NCBI GenBank assembly: GCA_021298155.1
Contig: JAJTEN010000026.1
Coordinates: forward strand, 4,297-68,296
Length of the DNA: 64,000 nucleotides
Source of the DNA: Sphingobacteriales bacterium
GTDB taxonomy: Bacteria > Bacteroidota > Bacteroidia > UKL13-3
Direction: 5' to 3'
This document shows positions 62,177 to 64,000 of the stretch, in pieces. The notes beneath the pieces were generated by a model. The model did no database searches and had not been told where the DNA came from. It was given only the letters and a program-made list of their open reading frames with translations. The translations under genes were made by a program, and so were the position numbers. The first letter of the stretch is position 1. Each line of letters starts with the position of its first letter.

Positions 62177-63208
62177 TTGTTATTTTCGTGCAAAATAATA
62201 GCAAAAAAGCACAATTTGAACAACAAAGAAATCTTTATCGAACACATAGACCCTTCAGAGGCCTTTGGTGTTCACAATCAAAACCTAAAAACTTTTCAAT
62301 TACACTTCCCTCAATTAAAAATTGTTGCCAGGGGAAATCAAGTTATTTTGCAAGGAACCGAATCGGATATAGCACTTTTTGAAGAAAAGTTTGAGCATTT
62401 TTTGCAGCATATCAGGCAATTTGGAAACATCACGGAACAGCAACTTGAATCACTGTTTTTGGGAACCTTGCAAAAGGAAAACTCGCCATCAACAAAGGCA
62501 GACATTTCTGAAGGCGGAGAGGTAATTTTATATGGCAACCATGCCAAAGTAATAAAGGCCAAAACGCCCAACCAAAAGAAAATGGTATCGTTAATGAACA
62601 ATAATGATATTTTATTCGCCATTGGTCCGGCCGGAACAGGTAAAACCTATACAGCCGTTGCATTGGCCGTTAGGGCATTAAAAAATAAAGAAATAAAACG
62701 CATCATTTTAGCCAGACCAGCTGTAGAAGCTGGAGAGAATTTAGGCTTTTTGCCAGGTGATTTAAAAGAAAAAATAGACCCCTATTTGCGTCCATTATAC
62801 GATGCGTTAGATGATATGATTCCAGCAGATAAATTAAAATCATATATAGAAACACGCGTTATAGAGATTGCACCAATGGCATTTATGCGTGGTAGAACAT
62901 TAGACAATGCTTATGTTATTTTAGACGAAGCACAAAATGCTACAGACTTACAACTAAAAATGTTTTTAACCCGCATGGGACCAAATGCTAAATTCATAAT
63001 AACTGGAGATTTAACGCAAATAGACCTTCCCAAAAAAAATATGTCGGGCTTAGTTAAAGCCGTTAATATTTTAGAAGGTATCAAGGGAATAGAGTTTGCA
63101 TACCTTACCTTTGAAGATGTGGTTCGACATAAATTGGTGAAAAATATCATCAAGGCATACGATAAAAGCACAGAAATTAAACTAGACTTTTCGAAATATA
63201 GGGAATAA
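62177..63208 (+). CDS. phoH: PhoH family ATPase
   Basis: 343 aa. Walker A AIGPAGTGKTYTAVALAV and the PhoH signature ILARPAVEAGENLGFLPGDLKEKIDPYLRPLYDAL. Confidence 0.9.
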   Translation: MLFSCKIIAKKHNLNNKEIFIEHIDPSEAFGVHNQNLKTFQLHFPQLKIVARGNQVILQGTESDIALFEEKFEHFLQHIRQFGNITEQQLESLFLGTLQKENSPSTKADISEGGEVILYGNHAKVIKAKTPNQKKMVSLMNNNDILFAIGPAGTGKTYTAVALAVRALKNKEIKRIILARPAVEAGENLGFLPGDLKEKIDPYLRPLYDALDDMIPADKLKSYIETRVIEIAPMAFMRGRTLDNAYVILDEAQNATDLQLKMFLTRMGPNAKFIITGDLTQIDLPKKNMSGLVKAVNILEGIKGIEFAYLTFEDVVRHKLVKNIIKAYDKSTEIKLDFSKYRE

Positions 63209-64000
63209 TGATGCAACAAAAGAACGAATGGAAAGTTATCATTGGACAACTCTGGGAGAGTGCCATAGCGGCTATTTTTGCGCTCAAAAGTAATCCCATT
63301 CGGACTTTTCTATCTACTTTAGGCATTACCATTGGAATTTTCTGTATCATCATGGTATTGAGTATCGTAGATTCTCTTGAAAAAAACCTTCAAAACAGTG
63401 TTGATAGTTTAGGGAAAGATGTGGCGATTATAGAAAAATGGCCTTGGGAATTTGGGTCAACCTATAAATGGTGGAAATACATGAATAGGCCCAATCCAAC
63501 CTTAGATGAACTTAAAAAACTAGAAGAGCAAGTTACCCTTGCCAAAGCCCTTGCTTTGAGTGTAAATCTGCCCTCTGTTACCCTAAAATTTAGCAATTTA
63601 AGTGCAGAAAATGTAAGTGGCATGGCGGTATCGCAAGGTTATCCGGGTGTGCGCGATTTTGAATTGGAAGATGGCAGATTCTTTAGTGAGAATGAAATCA
63701 AAAATGGCGATCAGGTAGTGATGATTGGATCTGATATTGCACAAAACTTGTTTCCTACTTTAAGAGCCATAGATAGAATGGTTAGTATTAAAGGGAAAAA
63801 GTTTAAGGTAATTGGCTTGTTTAAAAAAGAAGGTGAAAGCATGCTAAATAATAGCATGGATAATGTATTTCTTATCCCAGTAAAAACGGCTGCAAACTTC
63901 TTACGCCTGAACAGCAATATGGTAAATAGCAGAATACAAGTAAAGGCAAAGGATGGAATAAGTGTTAACTTATTAGAGAATGAATTAAAAGGAATAATGA
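63209..64000 (+). CDS. ABC transporter permease, MacB/FtsX-like (5' partial, continues past window end)
   Basis: Starts MMQQKNEWKV... directly after the phoH stop. N-terminal TM (FLSTLGITIGIFCIIMVLSIV) then a MacB_PCD-like periplasmic domain. Open to the end of the window. Confidence 0.7.

Noticed and set aside
1-64000. Search for CRISPR arrays, IS elements, integrases, phage or toxin-antitoxin modules
   Set aside because: None found. No direct-repeat arrays, no transposase- or integrase-like ORFs, and gene order is typical core chromosome. A computational repeat scan would be needed to exclude short MITE-like repeats.

Overview
Low-GC (~35%) chromosomal segment that looks like Bacteroidota (Flavobacteriia/Sphingobacteriia-like). 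The gldKLMN genes, a PorP/SprF gene, a DUF3098 gene, many predicted lipoproteins and outer-membrane beta-barrels ending in Phe all fit that assignment. The window is densely coding, with about 50 genes. I found no transposase, integrase, CRISPR array or phage genes, so this looks like core chromosome rather than an accessory island. Gene content in order: fabD; a five-gene N-glycan core-trimming cluster (GH20 hexosaminidase, glycosylasparaginase, cutC, a frameshifted GH2 beta-mannosidase, a second GH20 with a discoidin-type tail); an operon of two NOL1/NOP2/Sun rRNA m5C methyltransferases plus a small coiled-coil protein; a TlpA-like thioredoxin lipoprotein with a PIG-L/BshB1-like deacetylase; a LysM protein with a proline-rich linker; an uncharacterised operon of a secreted M48 metalloprotease, a lipoprotein, a small outer-membrane barrel and a second lipoprotein; tRNA-Lys(UUU) with an intrinsic terminator, then truB-uppP-DUF3098-ftsX; leuS; a 1238-aa orphan multi-transmembrane sensor histidine kinase whose stop overlaps the start of an 1161-aa outer-membrane beta-barrel protein; hldD; queD; the type IX secretion/gliding core porP(sprF)-gldK-gldL-gldM-gldN with a clean bidirectional terminator, flanked by a hemD-like gene, a DUF4271-like gene and an Omp85 gene; hemW; orphan MacB/FtsX-type permeases; a cysteine-less HesB/IscA-like protein; yejK; lepA; folD; a sigma-54 NtrC-type response regulator; a DUF62 SAM hydroxide adenosyltransferase; phoH. 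The items I think most worth a second look are the kinase/giant outer-membrane protein pair, the M48 envelope operon, the frameshifted beta-mannosidase inside the N-glycan cluster, and the P. gingivalis-like porP-gldKLMN arrangement with its hemD-like neighbour.
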